A stretch of DNA of 64,000 nt from Macrostomum hystrix (lineage: Eukaryota; Animalia; Platyhelminthes). The position numbers and the translations under genes were made by a program. The stretch covers positions 1,240,001-1,304,000 of the forward strand of contig CATNEN010000039.1 of NCBI GenBank assembly GCA_950097015.1, read 5' to 3'. The notes beneath the pieces were generated by a model. It ran no database searches and was not told the DNA's origin. It worked only from the letters and a program-made list of their open reading frames with translations. Positions 1 through 12,765 of this stretch are shown here, piece by piece. The stretch's first letter is position 1. Each line of letters starts with the position of its first letter.

Positions 1-1455
1 GTAATGGGATCTGAATGTCTGGGAAGCTTAGAGTAATGGGATCTGAATGTCTGGGAAGCTTAGAGTAATGGGATTTGAATGTCTGGGAAGCTTAGAGTAA
101 TGGGATTTGAATGTCTGGGAAGCTTAGAGTAATGGGATCTGAATGTCTGGGAAGCTTAGAGTAATGGGATCTGAATGTCTGGGAAGCTTAGAGTAATGGG
201 ATTTGAATGTCCGGGAAGCTTAGAGTAATGGGATCTGAATGTCTGGGAAGCTTAGAGTAATGGGATCTGAATGTCTGGGAAGCTTAGAGTAATGGGATTT
301 GAATGTCTGGGAAGCTTAGAGTAATGGGATTTGAATGTCTGGGAAGCTTAGAGTAATGGGATTTGAATGTCTGGGAAGCTTAGAGTAATGGGATCTGAAT
401 GTCTGGGAAGCTTAGAGTAATGGGATCTGAATGTCTGGGAAGCTTAGAGTAATGGGATCTGAATGTCTGGGAAGCTTAGAGTAATGGGATCTGAATGTCT
501 GGGAAGCTTAGAGTAATGGGATCTGAATGTCTGGGAAGCTTAGAGTAATGGGATCTGAATGTCTGGGAAGCTTAGAGTAATGGGATCTGAATGCCTGGGA
601 GGCTTAGAGTAATGGGATTTGAATGTCTGGGAAGCTTAGAGTAATGGGATCTGAATGTCTGGGAAGCTTAGAGTAATGGGATCTGAATGTCTGGGAAGCT
701 TAGAGTAATGGGATCTGAATGTCTGGGAAGCTTAGAGTAATGGGATCTGAATGTCTGGGAAGCTTAGAGTAATGGGATCTGAATGTCTGGGAAGCTTAGA
801 GTAATGGGATCTGAATGTCTGGGAAGCTTAGAGTAATTGGATCTGAATGTCTGGGAAGCTTAGAGTAATGGGATCTGAATGTCTGGGAAGCTTAGAGTAA
901 TGGGATTTGAATGTCTGGGAAGCTTAGAGTAATGGGATTTGAATGTCTGGGAAGCTTAGAGTAATGGGATCTGAATGTCTGGGAAGCTTAGAGTAATGGG
1001 ATCTGAATGTCTGGGAAGCTTAGAGTAATGGGATTTGAATGTCTGGGAAGCTTAGAGTAATGGGATTTGAATGTCTGGGAAGCTTAGAGTAATGGGATTT
1101 GAATGTCTGGGAAGCTTAGAGTAATGGGATCTGAATGTCTGGGAAGCTTAGAGTAATGGGATCTGAATGTCTGGGAAGCTTAGAGTAATGGGATCTGAAT
1201 GTCTGGGAAGCTTAGAGTAATGGGATCTGAATGTCTGGGAAGCTTAGAGTAATGGGATCTGAATGTCTGGGAAGCTTAGAGTAATGGGATCTGAATGCCT
1301 GGGAGGCTTAGAGTAATGGGATTTGAATGTCTGGGAAGCTTAGAGTAATGGGATCTGAATGTCTGGGAAGCTTAGAGTAATGGGATCTGAATGCCTGGGA
1401 GGCTTAGAGTAATGGGATTTGAATGTCTGGGAAGCTTAGAGTAATGGGATTTGAA
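1..1455. repeat. 32-bp minisatellite (GTAATGGGATCTGAATGTCTGGGAAGCTTAGA)n, about 45 copies, truncated by the window edge
   Basis: Direct 32-bp periodicity with few variants (ATTTG/ATCTG, GCCTGGGAGG). Confidence 0.98.
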
Positions 1456-1534
1456 AAAATGATTAGGAAGCCCTTGCATTTGTTGGTGCTGATTCGTATA
1501 GCCAACAATGGGGGCTATCAGGTGCGGAACTCAC

Positions 1535-1641
1535 CTCTCCCTCGGCTGTTTAAAGCGTGCCTGCTGCTCCTGTACTTGGCTTTCTTCGCTGCTTAATCGA
1601 ATTTCGTCATGCCGTGTTGCTGACTGACGCACCGCAATCAT
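1535..1641 (-). CDS. Possible first coding exon of an unknown gene running off the left edge (MIAVRQSATRHDEIRLSSEESQVQEQQARFKQPRE)
   Basis: ATG at 1641, open frame, ends at a consensus donor AG|GTGAGT (1534-1529); no recognisable homology. Confidence 0.3.
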
Positions 1642-1919
1642 TTGTTTTATTTTTAACCAAGAACTTCATCACCACTTTTCACTGTTTTTCTAGCAAATTA
1701 TTTTTCTGCCTAACATCTTTTTGATAAAATTTATTATATTTAGCTGAGAAATGCATTTCTCTGGTTTTTCATGGACGAAAAAAAATTGGAGATTAAGGCT
1801 TGCGAATTGCCTTTTGAAACCGAAATCCAGTTTGCTGATGACTTTCTGAGACCTGGCTTCTCTGACAGCCTCTTTACTTGCGGAAGGACTTCAGCCATCT
1901 GAAACCTAGTGCTGTGTTT

Positions 1920-2130
1920 TCTCTAGTTGTTATGGGCATTGCCCTGTAGTTCTGGTATATTCTTTAGTTGCTATGGTCATTTCCCTGCAGTTGTAGTGTA
2001 TTCTCTAGTTGCTATGGTCATTTCCCTGCAGTTGTAGTGTATTCTCTAGTTGCTATGAACATTTCCCTGCAGTTGTAGTGTATTCTCTAGTTGCTATGGT
2101 CATTTCCCTGTAGTTCTGGTATATTCTCTA
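1920..2130. repeat. About 41-bp tandem repeat, about 5 copies (CTCTAGTTGCTATGGTCATTTCCCTGCAGTTGTAGTGTATT)
   Basis: Visible periodicity. Confidence 0.85.
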
Positions 2131-2139
2131 GATTTTCAT

Positions 2140-5100
2140 GGTCAGTGTTTATCATTCAGCGTTTGAGAATCATTGTTTATCAATCAGATCTTCAGAATCA
2201 TTGTCTATGATTCAGATCTTCAGAATCAGTGTTTATCATTCAGATCTTCAGAATCAGTGTTTATCATTCAGATCTTCAGAATCAGTGTTTATCATTCAGA
2301 TCTTCAGAATCAGTGTTTATCATTCAGATCTTCAGAATCAGTGTTTATGATTCAGATCTTCAGAATCAGTGTTTATCATTCAGATCTTCAGAATCAGTGT
2401 TTATCATTCAGATCTTCAGAATCAGTGTTTATCATTCAGATCTTCAGAATCAGTGTTTATCATTCAGATCTTTAGAATCAGTGTTTATCATTCAGATCTT
2501 CAGAATCAGTGTTTATCATTCAGATCTTCAGAATCAGTGTTTATCATTCAGGTCTTCAGAATCAGTGTTTATCATTCAGATCTTCAGAATCAGTGTTTAT
2601 CATTCAGATCTTCAGAATCAGTGTTTATCATTCAGATCTTCAGAATCAGTGTTTATCATTCAGATCTTCAGAATCAGTGTTTATCATTCAGATCTTCAGA
2701 ATCAGTGTTTATCATTCAGATCTTCAGAATCAGTGTTTATCATTCAGATCTTCAGAATCAGTGTTTATCATTCAGATCTTCAGAATCAGTGTTTATCATT
2801 CAGATCTTCAGAATCAGTGTTTATCATTCAGATCTTCAGAATCAGTGTTTATCATTCAGATCTTCAGAATCAGTGTTTATCATTCAGATCTTCAGAATCA
2901 GTGTTTATCATTCAGATCTTCAGAATCAGTGTTTATCATTCAGATCTTCAGAATCAGTGTTTATCATTCAGATCTTCAGAATCAGTGTTTATCATTCAGA
3001 TCTTCAGAATCAGTGTTTATCATTCAGATCTTCAGAATCAGTGTTTATCATTCAGATCTTCAGAATCAGTGTTTATCATTCAGATCTTCAGAATCAGTGT
3101 TTATCATTCAGATCTTCAGAATCAGTGTTTATCATTCAGATCTTCAGAATCAGTGTTTATCATTCAGATCTTCAGAATCAGTGTTTATCATTCAGATCTT
3201 TAGAATCAGTGTTTATCATTCAGATCTTCAGAATCAGTGTTTATCATTCAGATCTTCAGAATCAGTGTTTATCATTCAGGTCTTCAGAATCAGTGTTTAT
3301 CATTCAGATCTTCAGAATCAGTGTTTATCATTCAGATCTTCAGAATCAGTGTTTATCATTCAGATCTTCAGAATCAGTGTTTATCATTCAGATCTTCAGA
3401 ATCAGTGTTTATCATTCAGATCTTCAGAATCAGTGTTTATCATTCAGATCTTCAGAATCAGTGTTTATCATTCAGATCTTCAGAATCAGTGTTTATGATT
3501 CAGATCTTCAGAATCAGTGTTTATCATTCAGATCTTCAGAATCAGTGTTTATCATTCAGATCTTCAGAATCAGTGTTTATCATTCAGATCTTCAGAATCA
3601 GTGTTTATCATTCAGATCTTTAGAATCAGTGTTTATCATTCAGGTCTTCAGAATCAGTGTTTATCATTCAGATCTTCAGAATCAGTGTTTATCATTCAGA
3701 TCTTCAGAATCAGTGTTTATCATTCAGATCTTCAGAATCAGTGTTTATCATTCAGGTCTTCAGAATCAATGTTTATCATTCAGATCTTCAGAATCAGTGT
3801 TTATCATTCAGATCTTCAGAATCAGTGTTTATCATTCAGATCTTCAGAATCAGTGTTTATCATTTAGATCTTCAGAATCAGTGTTTATCATTCAGATCTT
3901 CAGAATCAGTGTTTATCATTCAGATCTTTAGAATCAGTGTTTATCATTCAGATCTTCAGAATCAGTGTTTATCATTCAGATCTTCAGAATCAGTGTTTAT
4001 CATTCAGGTCTTCAGAATCAGTGTTTATCATTCAGATCTTCAGAATCAGTGTTTATCATTCAGATCTTCAGAATCAGTGTTTATCATTCAGATCTTCAGA
4101 ATCAGTGTTTATCATTCAGATCTTCAGAATCAGTGTTTATCATTCAGATCTTCAGAATCAGTGTTTATCATTCAGATCTTCAGAATCAGTGTTTATCATT
4201 CAGATCTTTAGAATCAGTGTTTATCATTCAGGTCTTCAGAATCAGTGTTTATCATTCAGATCTTCAGAATCAGTGTTTATCATTCAGATCTTCAGAATCA
4301 GTGTTTATCATTCAGATCTTCAGAATCAGTGTTTATCATTCAGATCTTCAGAATCAGTGTTTATCATTCAGATCTTCAGAATCAGTGTTTATCATTCAGG
4401 TCTTCAGAATCAGTGTTTATCATTCAGATCTTCAGAATCAGTGTTTATCATTCAGATCTTCAGAATCAGTGTTTATCATTCAGATCTTCAGAATCAGTGT
4501 TTATCATTCAGGTCTTCAGAATCAATGTTTATCATTCAGATCTTCAGAATCAGTGTTTATCATTCAGATCTTCAGAATCAGTGTTTATCATTCAGATCTT
4601 CAGAATCAGTGTTTATCATTTAGATCTTCAGAATCAGTGTTTATCATTCAGATCTTCAGAATCAGTGTTTATCATTCAGATCTTTAGAATCAGTGTTTAT
4701 CATTCAGATCTTCAGAATCAGTGTTTATCATTCAGATCTTCAGAATCAGTGTTTATCATTCAGGTCTTCAGAATCAGTGTTTATCATTCAGATCTTCAGA
4801 ATCAGTGTTTATCATTCAGATCTTCAGAATCAGTGTTTATCATTCAGATCTTCAGAATCAGTGTTTATCATTCAGATCTTCAGAATCAGTGTTTATCATT
4901 CAGATCTTCAGAATCAGTGTTTATCATTCAGATCTTCAGAATCAGTGTTTATCATTCAGATCTTTAGAATCAGTGTTTATCATTCAGGTCTTCAGAATCA
5001 GTGTTTATCATTCAGATCTTCAGAATCAGTGTTTATCATTCAGATCTTCAGAATCAGTGTTTATCATTCAGATCTTCAGAATCAGTGTTTATCATTCAGA

Positions 5101-5471
5101 TCTTCAGAATCAGTGTTTATCATTCAGATCTTCAGAATCAGTGTTTATCATTCAGGTCTTCAGAATCAGTGTTTATCATTCAGATCTTCAGAATCAGTGT
5201 TTATCATTCAGATCTTCAGAATCAGTGTTTATCATTCAGATCTTCAGAATCAGTGTTTATCATTCAGGTCTTCAGAATCAATGTTTATCATTCAGATCTT
5301 CAGAATCAGTGTTTATCATTCAGATCTTCAGAATCAGTGTTTATCATTCAGATCTTCAGAATCAGTGTTTATCATTCAGATCTTCAGAATCAGTGTTTAT
5401 CATTCAGATCTTCAGAATCAGTGTTTATCATTCAGGTCTTCAGAATCAGTGTTTATCATTCAGATCTTCAG
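2140..5471. repeat. 28-bp minisatellite (CAGAATCAGTGTTTATCATTCAGATCTT)n, about 119 copies, with a 756-bp higher-order period
   Basis: Direct periodicity; variant AATCAATG recurs near 3768, 4524 and 5280. Confidence 0.98.
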
Positions 5472-7096
5472 GTTAGTGTATGAAATATCGCACAGTTAAT
5501 ATCTGCATTGTGTGTAAAGGACCCATTCTCCTGGAACACCATTGCAACCTTTAAAACACAGCATGCACATCGCCGTATCATCGAATTAGCTATTCCTGCT
5601 TGCCCTGTATATTATGATGGCTAATATACTTGTTACAGCGCGAAATATTCCATCCGTCTCCCTTGCTGCAATGCAATACCCACAATCACTAAAAGTCAGA
5701 TTTAAAATTCGGAGCTTTGGCAAACGAACAAAAGTACATTTGTGCGAGCCACTAGGCTGGAAGATAAGATGTGGATATACTCGTAATTACGATTCAGTGA
5801 TGGATATCGTGCGCCTTAGTCTGCTGTGTTCTGCTGCTGAATTTCTGTCTGGCATTTTACCCAGCTGCTGGTGTAGCTTAGGACTTCACAAGTGACTTGT
5901 AAGGAATCCAATCTGCACTATTTAAGGCTTTACCCTGGTTAAACCAACGAGGCGTTGAAATCGAGTCTGCCTTTGGGTAAATCAAACCCGAATCCGGGAC
6001 TATATTTTTCAATATTTCAATACTATTTTTAATACAATAATTTTTATATCTTATTCGAGCTATAGATTAAGTCGCGTCTGTACGGTCTGTTATTTTTCAA
6101 AAGACGTCAGTAAACTAATAGGCTCGCACTCAAGAAAGCATAAGTTGGTTCGTGCTTCACAAAATAGTGCACTTTATATTAGAGCAATCTAGATTATTTA
6201 GCATGTAAAAATAGATGGAAGATATATGGGAAAAGCGTCAAGAGATTTCATATTTGAATATTTGATTATTTATAAGCAAGCCATTGAGCTGAGAAAATAT
6301 CAAGGATGACTAAAGTATCGTTCATAGTTTATCGTTACTTGTTCAAGTAGTCCTTCAAAAAGAAATGCTCGAAAGAAAAACTATAATATTGTCCTCATGA
6401 TCGACTGCAATCAATAATTCTAAGAACTGCATGTTTCTCTTTTTTGTTGAAATCGCTATTATTGACTGCAAACGGCATTTCATTTCTGATGTAAATGCTA
6501 AAAATCATAACAGTTTCAAAATAAAAATTTGAGCAGCGAAATAAGTAAGCTATAAGCATCGATTTGCATTTAGTTAATAATAAAATAAAAAAGGAAATAT
6601 AGCATTCTCGAATTCAATTGCGTCATCAACAACACGTTCACCTTCTACGGCTCGATCGTTACATCTTCATGTCGCGTCATAATAATGTTTTCAGAGTAAA
6701 ACATACATTTACTGACCTGTTCATTAGTTTATATATTTAACTCAATACTGCAATGGCCTTTCTTCAACAAAACGGAACTAAGTTGTGCTTGTTATAGTTA
6801 AAATTTAGAATATTTTCAAGCCCAACCACATAATCAATGTCTCTATCACCATAAAAATTTTATAGTACGAGCGTTAATAATGGTGCAGTAGTAGTCTACT
6901 CCTAGTACTGCACTAATACTTGGGTGCAGCATTGCCCTTAACCATATGTGCATCTTATTTAGTCATCGAAAACGACAAGTATACAGGAAAATTAGTAATA
7001 AAACTGAACAAACTTAAAACATACACAGGTATTTACGAGGCTTTTTCCTGTCGAACAACGAAAAAATGTAAACATATCGTCTACCTCTTCCTAAAG

Positions 7097-7378
7097 TTAT
7101 TGGGCAGTGTTCTCTGTAGAGCGGGTCCTTGATTGAAGCCGCGCGAGGAAAACTAATACAACCACCAGAACAGCGATTGTTGCAACAGTCACTAGAATGA
7201 GTGCCATGATTTTTTCGCTTGTAGAGGTCCTCGGTACATCTAGCATACCAATCGATGATGTTGGTCCTGGTCCTGGCTGAGGGCTGCTATTTTTATCGCC
7301 ACTCTTTTGATCGAATTCTACAATTGCTTTAATAAACTGCAAAACCGTTCTATTTCGAGTATTCTGAGGCAGCTGCAT
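7097..7378 (-). CDS. Possible small single-pass membrane protein or terminal exon
   Basis: 93-aa ORF with one long hydrophobic helix (IMALILVTVATIAVLVVVLVFLA) followed by basic residues; CTAAC...CAG acceptor-like sequence just upstream of the ATG. Confidence 0.4.
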   Translation of the reverse strand: MQLPQNTRNRTVLQFIKAIVEFDQKSGDKNSSPQPGPGPTSSIGMLDVPRTSTSEKIMALILVTVATIAVLVVVLVFLARLQSRTRSTENTAQ

Positions 7379-8891
7379 GACTGTTTTTGGCGATCGTTAG
7401 AGCAAGAAGTGCTTTTGGCTTTGGCGACTGCTTTTTCAAGTACTTATTGATCACGAGACGAGATATTTTTAATTATGCGCGATTTTTATTTCGCTGCTTT
7501 GTCAAACAAAATGAGCAAAACTGAATAAAAGATAACTATATTAACCAAACGTATAATACAGCACTGCGTATATATTTTTATATGAATCTTGTCGGTCATC
7601 TAGCATTCAACTTTGATCGCCACAAGATCGACGTGCCCGCAAAAACTCGAAAAAATTATTGGCCTGTTTTTAAAACTTGTTTTCTGGAGGCCTCTGCTTT
7701 AATTTAGTATTTCGATGCTTTTTAGTGTTCTTTGTACAAGTATTTGTTTTAATTTTCGATTACACAAGCCTATATTTCAGGCACAGTAGCACAATAAACA
7801 GCCGTGTTGACGACTCTTAGGCTACATCGAACATGCGCGACGGTCGCCTAATAGGCAACTCCGAACATGTTCTTTGTTCCGAGAACATGTTCTTTTAAAT
7901 TAATAAGGCTACTTAATGTATATTAATGAATTAATAACATGAAGAAAAAACTATGCCTTATGAAATTTATTGTAGTTAACATTGTTTCGCCCTTTGATAT
8001 TTGATATTTGACTTTTGATATTTCATATTGATATTCATTTAAGTCGATTGTCGAATATTGGGTTTGGTATAGTACTGGAAATTATAAAGGACATGCTTGT
8101 TTTTACATTGCTTCTATGACTTGGTGTATGGCTTTTTGTGGTATAGGATAGCAAAAATTACTTTAATTGCAATCAACAAGTTTCAAATTTTTTTAATTAT
8201 TCTAGTCATTTTTGTTTTAATATTCATGGCTAAGCGACTATAAGCTAGTATTATATTTTGTGCTGGTAGTAGCTTGGCTGAGTTGGCTTTGTCAATAACC
8301 TAGATTTCAGATTATAGTTATCACCCAATGTCTTTAGGTAGTTTGTTTGAATTCTCAAAATAGAACAGCAAACAAAATTACAAAAATGCCCAAAAAATGA
8401 AAAACTATATATTAAAAAGGAATATGTTAGGCCTTCAATTTCGATATATAAGCTCTCATGTGTAAACTTACAATAGACTAGCTATAGAAACTTTTTATAT
8501 ATTGGTAACATAAGTTGTCATAAGCTTAGTCTGATATTCAGATATTCAGCTTCTATCTCATTAAATTTGATATAGGCATAGCTAGCTAGCCATCACTATA
8601 TACAGCTAACTACCTACTAAATCTCTAAGTCTAATTGAACTAATATTTAGTTAATCTAGCTAGGTTTAAATAGGTTTATTTAAGTAAACTTTTGGTACAT
8701 ATTGAAGTAATTTTTTATTGTATTGATTGGATTTCATTTGTTTAGATATAGTCTATGCAGATTTACTTTCTAATAACTAGGTTTTGCTCATTTTTTATAT
8801 TAAAACTAAAGATTTCATAGTCTTACAAGCTATAAACAATTGCACTATTGAGTCAAATTAATCAATATATTTCAGCTGGTGGCCAATCCTC

Positions 8892-10156
8892 ATGGCTAAG
8901 ATGCCAGTGGATATTGAGATCATGAAGCAAAAAAGAATTGATTGGCTAAATAAACTAAAAAATGGCTGGCCTGAGGATTTTGATTCCTTTCACAATGAGG
9001 CTTGTCAACTTTTTGGACAGTTAAACAGCCAACCAACTCTGTATAACCTGTCTGTTCTTGGCACTGTAAAACAGGTGGGTGAAGAAAGTAGAACTTCAGA
9101 ACTCCAGAGAATGAAGTAGAACTTCATATTCTTTTATCTTTTCAGAGCCTTGGTCAGGTCAACTAATTAATTAATAGTGCTAATGGGATTGTGGATAAAG
9201 TGAAAACAGCCACTGAAGGTCAGGTAGGTGAAGAATAGGCAGCCACTGAAGGTCAGGTAGGTGAAGAATAGGCAGCCACTGAAGGTCAGGTAGATGAAGA
9301 ATAGGCAGCCACTGAAGGTCAGGTGGATGAAGAATAGGCAGCCACTGAAGGTCAGGTAGGTGAAGAATAGGCAGCCACTGAAGGTCAGGTATTTTATTTT
9401 CAGCGTTATTTTATATTATTATCCCAAGCATTTTATCAGAACGCAAACGTCCGTTCGCAGGCCGGCCAGCAGCCGGGTAGCAGCCAGGCCGCGGTCTCAG
9501 CGCTGCGCTGTCTGCAGCGCATGGCCTTCAACCTGTTGCAGTTCCCCTGGAAGGCGCAGCTGGCCACAGTTAGCGGATCCAGCGGCTTCGCTGTCCACCA
9601 GTTGCAACGGCTGCCGGGACACGCGGAGCTGCTGGCAGCAATGGGCTACTCGCTGAACTCTGACGGCGACTTTAAACTGACACAGCAGCTCGATGAGAGC
9701 AGCCTGCAAGTGCTGTTTGTCGATCTCGTGGCAGCTGAGCTCACGCTACCAAAGCTGCTGGCGTCATCCACGTCCTTGGCGAACGCGACGCCACGGGTGA
9801 CGGACGTTGGCCCGCAAGTTGTTGCTCAGCGAAACTTTGCCTTCGGCCGCGGTCAGTCTCAGCCATTTTCTGGCTCATCAACCATTTCGGACAGGGGGCG
9901 AGTGAATCCCGCGCTGCCGCAGATGACAGACATTAGCCTAACTAGCTCGCGCAGCGTTCCCTTTGGTCGCGGTCGGGCTCAGTCTGGCGCCGTCCCTTCG
10001 GATTGCCGATCTCCGGGTACCGTTGGCCGTTTGTGCAACAGTTGCAAAAAAATCCAATATATCAGGTTGCACCAAGCGACTGTAGAATTCTGCATTTGCG
10101 GCGCCGAACTGCCCATCAGCGAGAGGGACGGCCAGCCAATATATACTTACCTGTAA
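8892..10156 (+). CDS. SPATA2/Tamozhennic-like PUB-domain protein; exons 8892-9074 and 9440 (or 9461)-10156
   Basis: ALRCLQRMAFNLLQFPWKAQLATVSGSSGFAVHQL...LLAAMGYS matches the SPATA2 PUB signature (NLxxxPW[KR]xE...MGY); donor CAG|GTGGGT and both candidate acceptors are phase 0 and in frame; C-terminal CNSC...CIC. Confidence 0.75.
9207..9390. repeat. 33-bp intronic minisatellite (GCCACTGAAGGTCAGGTAGGTGAAGAATAGGCA), about 5.5 copies
   Basis: Direct periodicity inside the SPATA2-like intron. Confidence 0.95.
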
Positions 10157-10477
10157 TTTACCTCCATGCATGGCACCGGGATTTCACTGTGATTACTAGG
10201 AATCTTGTGGAAAATAGGAACCCGGATGAGGATCACAGTAGTCACTACAAGTCACTGCGCATTTCACGCTCTGTTTTTCACCTGTACATTGGTGCAGATT
10301 TATAGTTTTATATCTTTTTATAGATTTCAGCAGTGTAGCTGAGTACCTTTTATGTATAAAGTGAAGATTGCTCAAGTATACTATATATCTCACAGTATGA
10401 GAACGATCTTAATAAGCAACGACACTTGTTTGCTACGGAAATTAATGTTCACTTTGTCATTTTCCTAAATTCCTGAA

Positions 10478-10556
10478 CAGCCGCAGCTATTGCTGTTCAG
10501 TCCATGGACTGGGACCGCCACACAAGCCCATTTACAGCTCAGTGAACTGAAGCACA
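10478..10556 (-). mobile_element. Internal fragment of the CORE-like SINE family
   Basis: ACAGCCGCAGCTATTGC...TGTTCAGTCCATGGACTGG...CCCATTTACAGCT...GTGAACTGAAGCA matches the copies at 31.9 kb and 62.4 kb. Confidence 0.7.
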
Positions 10557-10851
10557 AGGCAAATATGTGGAAGTAGTGTTTTGTACGCAGATTTTCTCCT
10601 GAGGCTAGAAGCTTTCTGACAGGTTGAACGCCAGTGACAGGTTGGCACCACATACTTGTGCACAGCATTTATTGTTTAGGACACAATCAGAATAATTATT
10701 TGCTTATACTCACAGTGTATTCAATTCAATTTGCGCATTCGCATCAATACAGTCATTTGTCTCTTAAGTCTACTTAAAGTAGCAAAAGATATTGAGAAAA
10801 ACTGGTGCTTCAGTTATTTTAAGTCTGCTGCTCTCATATCAGCCATGCCGC

Positions 10852-12631
10852 CTACTTGTTGTGGCTGAACTGGTACTCAACTCCGTACACTCCAACCGAG
10901 GCCTTGGCTTTCTCATCAAAGTCTGACCAATCCAGCTCAGTCAGGTCCACCTGGTTGCGGGGTTGGAGATGAGTTCACATGCAAAAATTGCAAGGTATAA
11001 TCCTAGATCGCAGATTCCCTTAGATCTTCTACTCCCATTTATCTTCCCTCCCACAGATCTCTATCTACTCCCACCGATCCCACTCTACTCCCATCGATCC
11101 CACTCTACTCCCGTCGATCTCCCTCTACTCCCACCGATCTCCCTCTACTCCCATTGATCCCATTCTACTCCCATCGATCCCACTCTACTCTCACCGATCT
11201 CCCTCTACTCCCATTTATCCCACTCTACTCCTATCGATCCCACTCTACTCCCATCGATCCCACTCTACTCTCACCGATCTCCCTCTACTCCCATCGATCT
11301 CCCTCTACTCCTATCGATCCCACTCTACTCCCATCGATCCCACTCTACTCCCATCGATCTCCCTCTACTCCCACCGATCTCCCTCTACTCCCACCTATCT
11401 CCCTCTACTCCCATTGATCCCATTCTACTCCCATCGATCCCACTCTACTCCCACCGATCTCCCTCTACTCCCACCGATTTCCCTCTACTCCCATTGATCC
11501 CACTCTACTCCCACCGATCTCCCTCTACTCCCATTGATCCCATTCTACTCCCATCGATCCCACTCTACTCTCACCGATCTCCCTCTACTCCCACCGATTT
11601 CCCTCTACTCCCATTGATCCCATTCTACTCCCATTGATCCCACTCTACTCCCACCGATCTCCCTCTACTCCCACCGATTTCCCTCTACTCCCATCGATCC
11701 CACTCTACTCCCATCGATCCCACTCTACTCCCACCGATCTCCCTCTACTCCCACCGATCTCCCTCTACTCCCACCGATCTCCCTCTACTCCCACCGATCT
11801 CCCTCTACTCCCACTAATCTCCCTCTACTCCCACTGATCTCCCTCTACTCCCACTGATCTCCCTCTACTCCCACCGATTTCCCTCTACTCCCATTGATCC
11901 CACTCTACTCCCACCGATCTCCCTCTACTCCCACCGATTTCCCTCTACTCCCATTGATCCCACTCTACTCCCACCGATCTCCCTCTACTCCCACCAATTT
12001 CCCTCTACTCCCATTTATCCCACTCTACTCCCACCGATCTCCCTCTACTCCCACCGATCTCCCTGTAATCCCATCGATCCCACTCTACTCCCATCGATCC
12101 CACTCTACTTCCTCCGATCTCCCTCTGCTCCCATCGATCCCACTCTACGCCATCCATCTCCCTCTACTCCACCAATCTCCCTCTACTCCACCAATCTCCA
12201 TCTACTCCCACCGATTCCACTCTACTCCATCGATCTCCCTCTACCCATACCTCAGGGAACTGGGATCCGGTTTCGGCTCCCTCGCACGTCCAGCCGATGC
12301 GCGGGCTCCACTCGGTGGGCTCCACGCCGCGACACTCGAAGACGACGATGGCCTTGAACTTGCCGGAGTCCTCGGCGTTGTAGGCCGCGAGGCTGTCCGG
12401 CAGGATGCTGAGCGTGTTCTCTCGGTGGCACAGCTTGCACTTGATGACCATGTGGGCGGTGCCACGGCTGCCGTGAATCTCGTGCTCCTCGTCCAGACTG
12501 ACGTACACCAGCTCCGGCGTCTGGTCGCCGCAATTGAGGCAGCGCAGGCGGATGTACCAGCGGAAGTCCTGCCCTACGGCCCGGAGGTTGGTCACTCCCT
12601 CCAGCTGGGCCTTCAGCTGCAGCGAGGCCTT
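10852..12631 (-). CDS. CZIB: CXXC motif zinc-binding protein (C1orf123/DUF866); exons 12631-12251 and 10950-10852; start-codon exon lies upstream
   Basis: KASLQLKAQLEGVTNLRAVGQDFRWYIRLRCLNCG...KCKLCHRENT...FECRGVEPTEWSP...FPE|VDLTELDWSDFDEKAKASVGVY; both junctions are GT-AG and phase 0. Confidence 0.93.
11050..12245. repeat. 20-bp intronic minisatellite (CCCTCTACTCCCACCGATCT and variants)
   Basis: Direct periodicity; fills the CZIB intron. Confidence 0.95.
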
Positions 12632-12765
12632 CTGTGTTGGACAAACGGCAGCAGAACGGGCATGTAGTGAATGAGAAGCGGCATCACGCGCTCGCTGACC
12701 ATATTTACTTGCTTTTTGTGCTCATCTTGAAGTTATTTCAAGTTTGACAGGCTTGAACTGTCAAC

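Noticed and set aside
1-5471. CRISPR-like arrays (28-32 bp repeats)
   Set aside because: Units are head-to-tail with no unique spacers, there are no cas genes, and the context is eukaryotic
2138-5499. Many overlapping long ORFs (up to 520 aa)
   Set aside because: Translations of a stop-free 28-bp repeat in all three frames; not a gene
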